A program made the position numbers and the translations under genes. Shown here piece by piece: positions 63,261-64,000 of a stretch of 64,000 bases of DNA. Within the stretch, counting starts at the first letter, position 1. Each line of letters opens with the position of its first letter. Source of the stretch: the human T2T-CHM13v2.0 reference genome, Homo sapiens; NCBI RefSeq assembly GCF_009914755.1, contig NC_060941.1, one strand, 5' to 3'. Under the pieces are notes generated by a model. The model made no database searches, was not told the origin of the DNA, and saw nothing but the letters and a program-made list of their open reading frames with translations.

Positions 63261-64000
63261 CTGCCTCCTGTTTTTCCCATAGCATTTCCAGGGATGTCCT
63301 AGAAATGGCAAGGGAAGTCCCACTTGCCATTTCAGAAGCCATGGCTACCATTACAAATCAATAGGGTGTGAGCCAGACAAGGCCTGGCTCAGTCACATAG
63401 TTTCCTGAGGCGCTGAAGGACAGACCACACTGATTGATTTCTCGGCTGGGTCTTTAAATGTCAGTGTGTGCGTGACCACATCAGACCTTGGGTACAGAAA
63501 TAAAATGCAGAAGGAAAGGACATTCTAGTGCGTGGGATGAGAGGGAAGCAGGGCAGGAGAAGAGCAACAGCCTGGAGCACACGTGTGCAGGCTGGGTGGG
63601 CTTCCTGGGCTGGCGGAAGGGGCCCCATGTACCCAGTGGGGGATGGGAGTGGGGTGAGACCTACACCCTTGACCTTGGACTCCTGTGAAGCTGTTTATGG
63701 CCTGACACCAACCCTGGAGAGATGGGTCTTAACCTGATTTAGCTCCCTTATCAGTATTGATTGGCCACTGTTAGGCGCTGCTCATTTGGGCCAGCCTGAC
63801 TGCCTGAGCACAGATCAACATCCCCAGCGCAGCATGGCAGGGCAAAGGCAGTGCCCTCCTTCCCACCCCCCAGAATTCACCCAGGCCCCCACTGCACACT
63901 TCTCTGGGCCTGCCCAGTTCAGTCATTCACTGTTCTAGGATCGGAGGGGACAGGCACACGTGATGGAGACAGAGCAACCTGCCTACTCCCATGCAGCCCG

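Overview
Primate (most likely human or great ape) genomic DNA, essentially non-coding and rich in repeats: about 45 Alu copies or fragments, two young antisense L1PA2-like insertions (one 5'-inverted), old L1M/L2/MIR/CR1 relics, about 15 solo LTRs (MER41B, LTR8, an LTR43/MER61-like ERV1 LTR, THE1, MST, MLT1, LTR33, LTR16-like) and hAT MITEs (MER1B, MER30, MER3, MER5A, MER58). The one clear gene landmark is a CpG-island promoter at about 4250-4980. It has an NRF1 site flanked by two outward-facing GTGAGC splice donors. It probably drives a minus-strand gene running off the left edge plus a divergent plus-strand non-coding transcript; I cannot name the gene. No host protein-coding exon is recognisable, and the only real protein ORFs are L1 ORF2 C-terminal fragments. 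Several TE-free, homeodomain/SOX/POU-motif-rich blocks look like developmental enhancers. I found no convincing new protein-coding system. The most unusual items are a splice-donor/hairpin cassette with a U1-like antisense segment (about 51600-51780), a locally templated Alu-fragment insertion (56402-56499), a twin-primed L1 (12069-13686), a MER41B LTR keeping both GAS sites, and an LTR with three octamers. Repeat family names come from my recall of consensus sequences, and boundaries are approximate unless TSDs are quoted.
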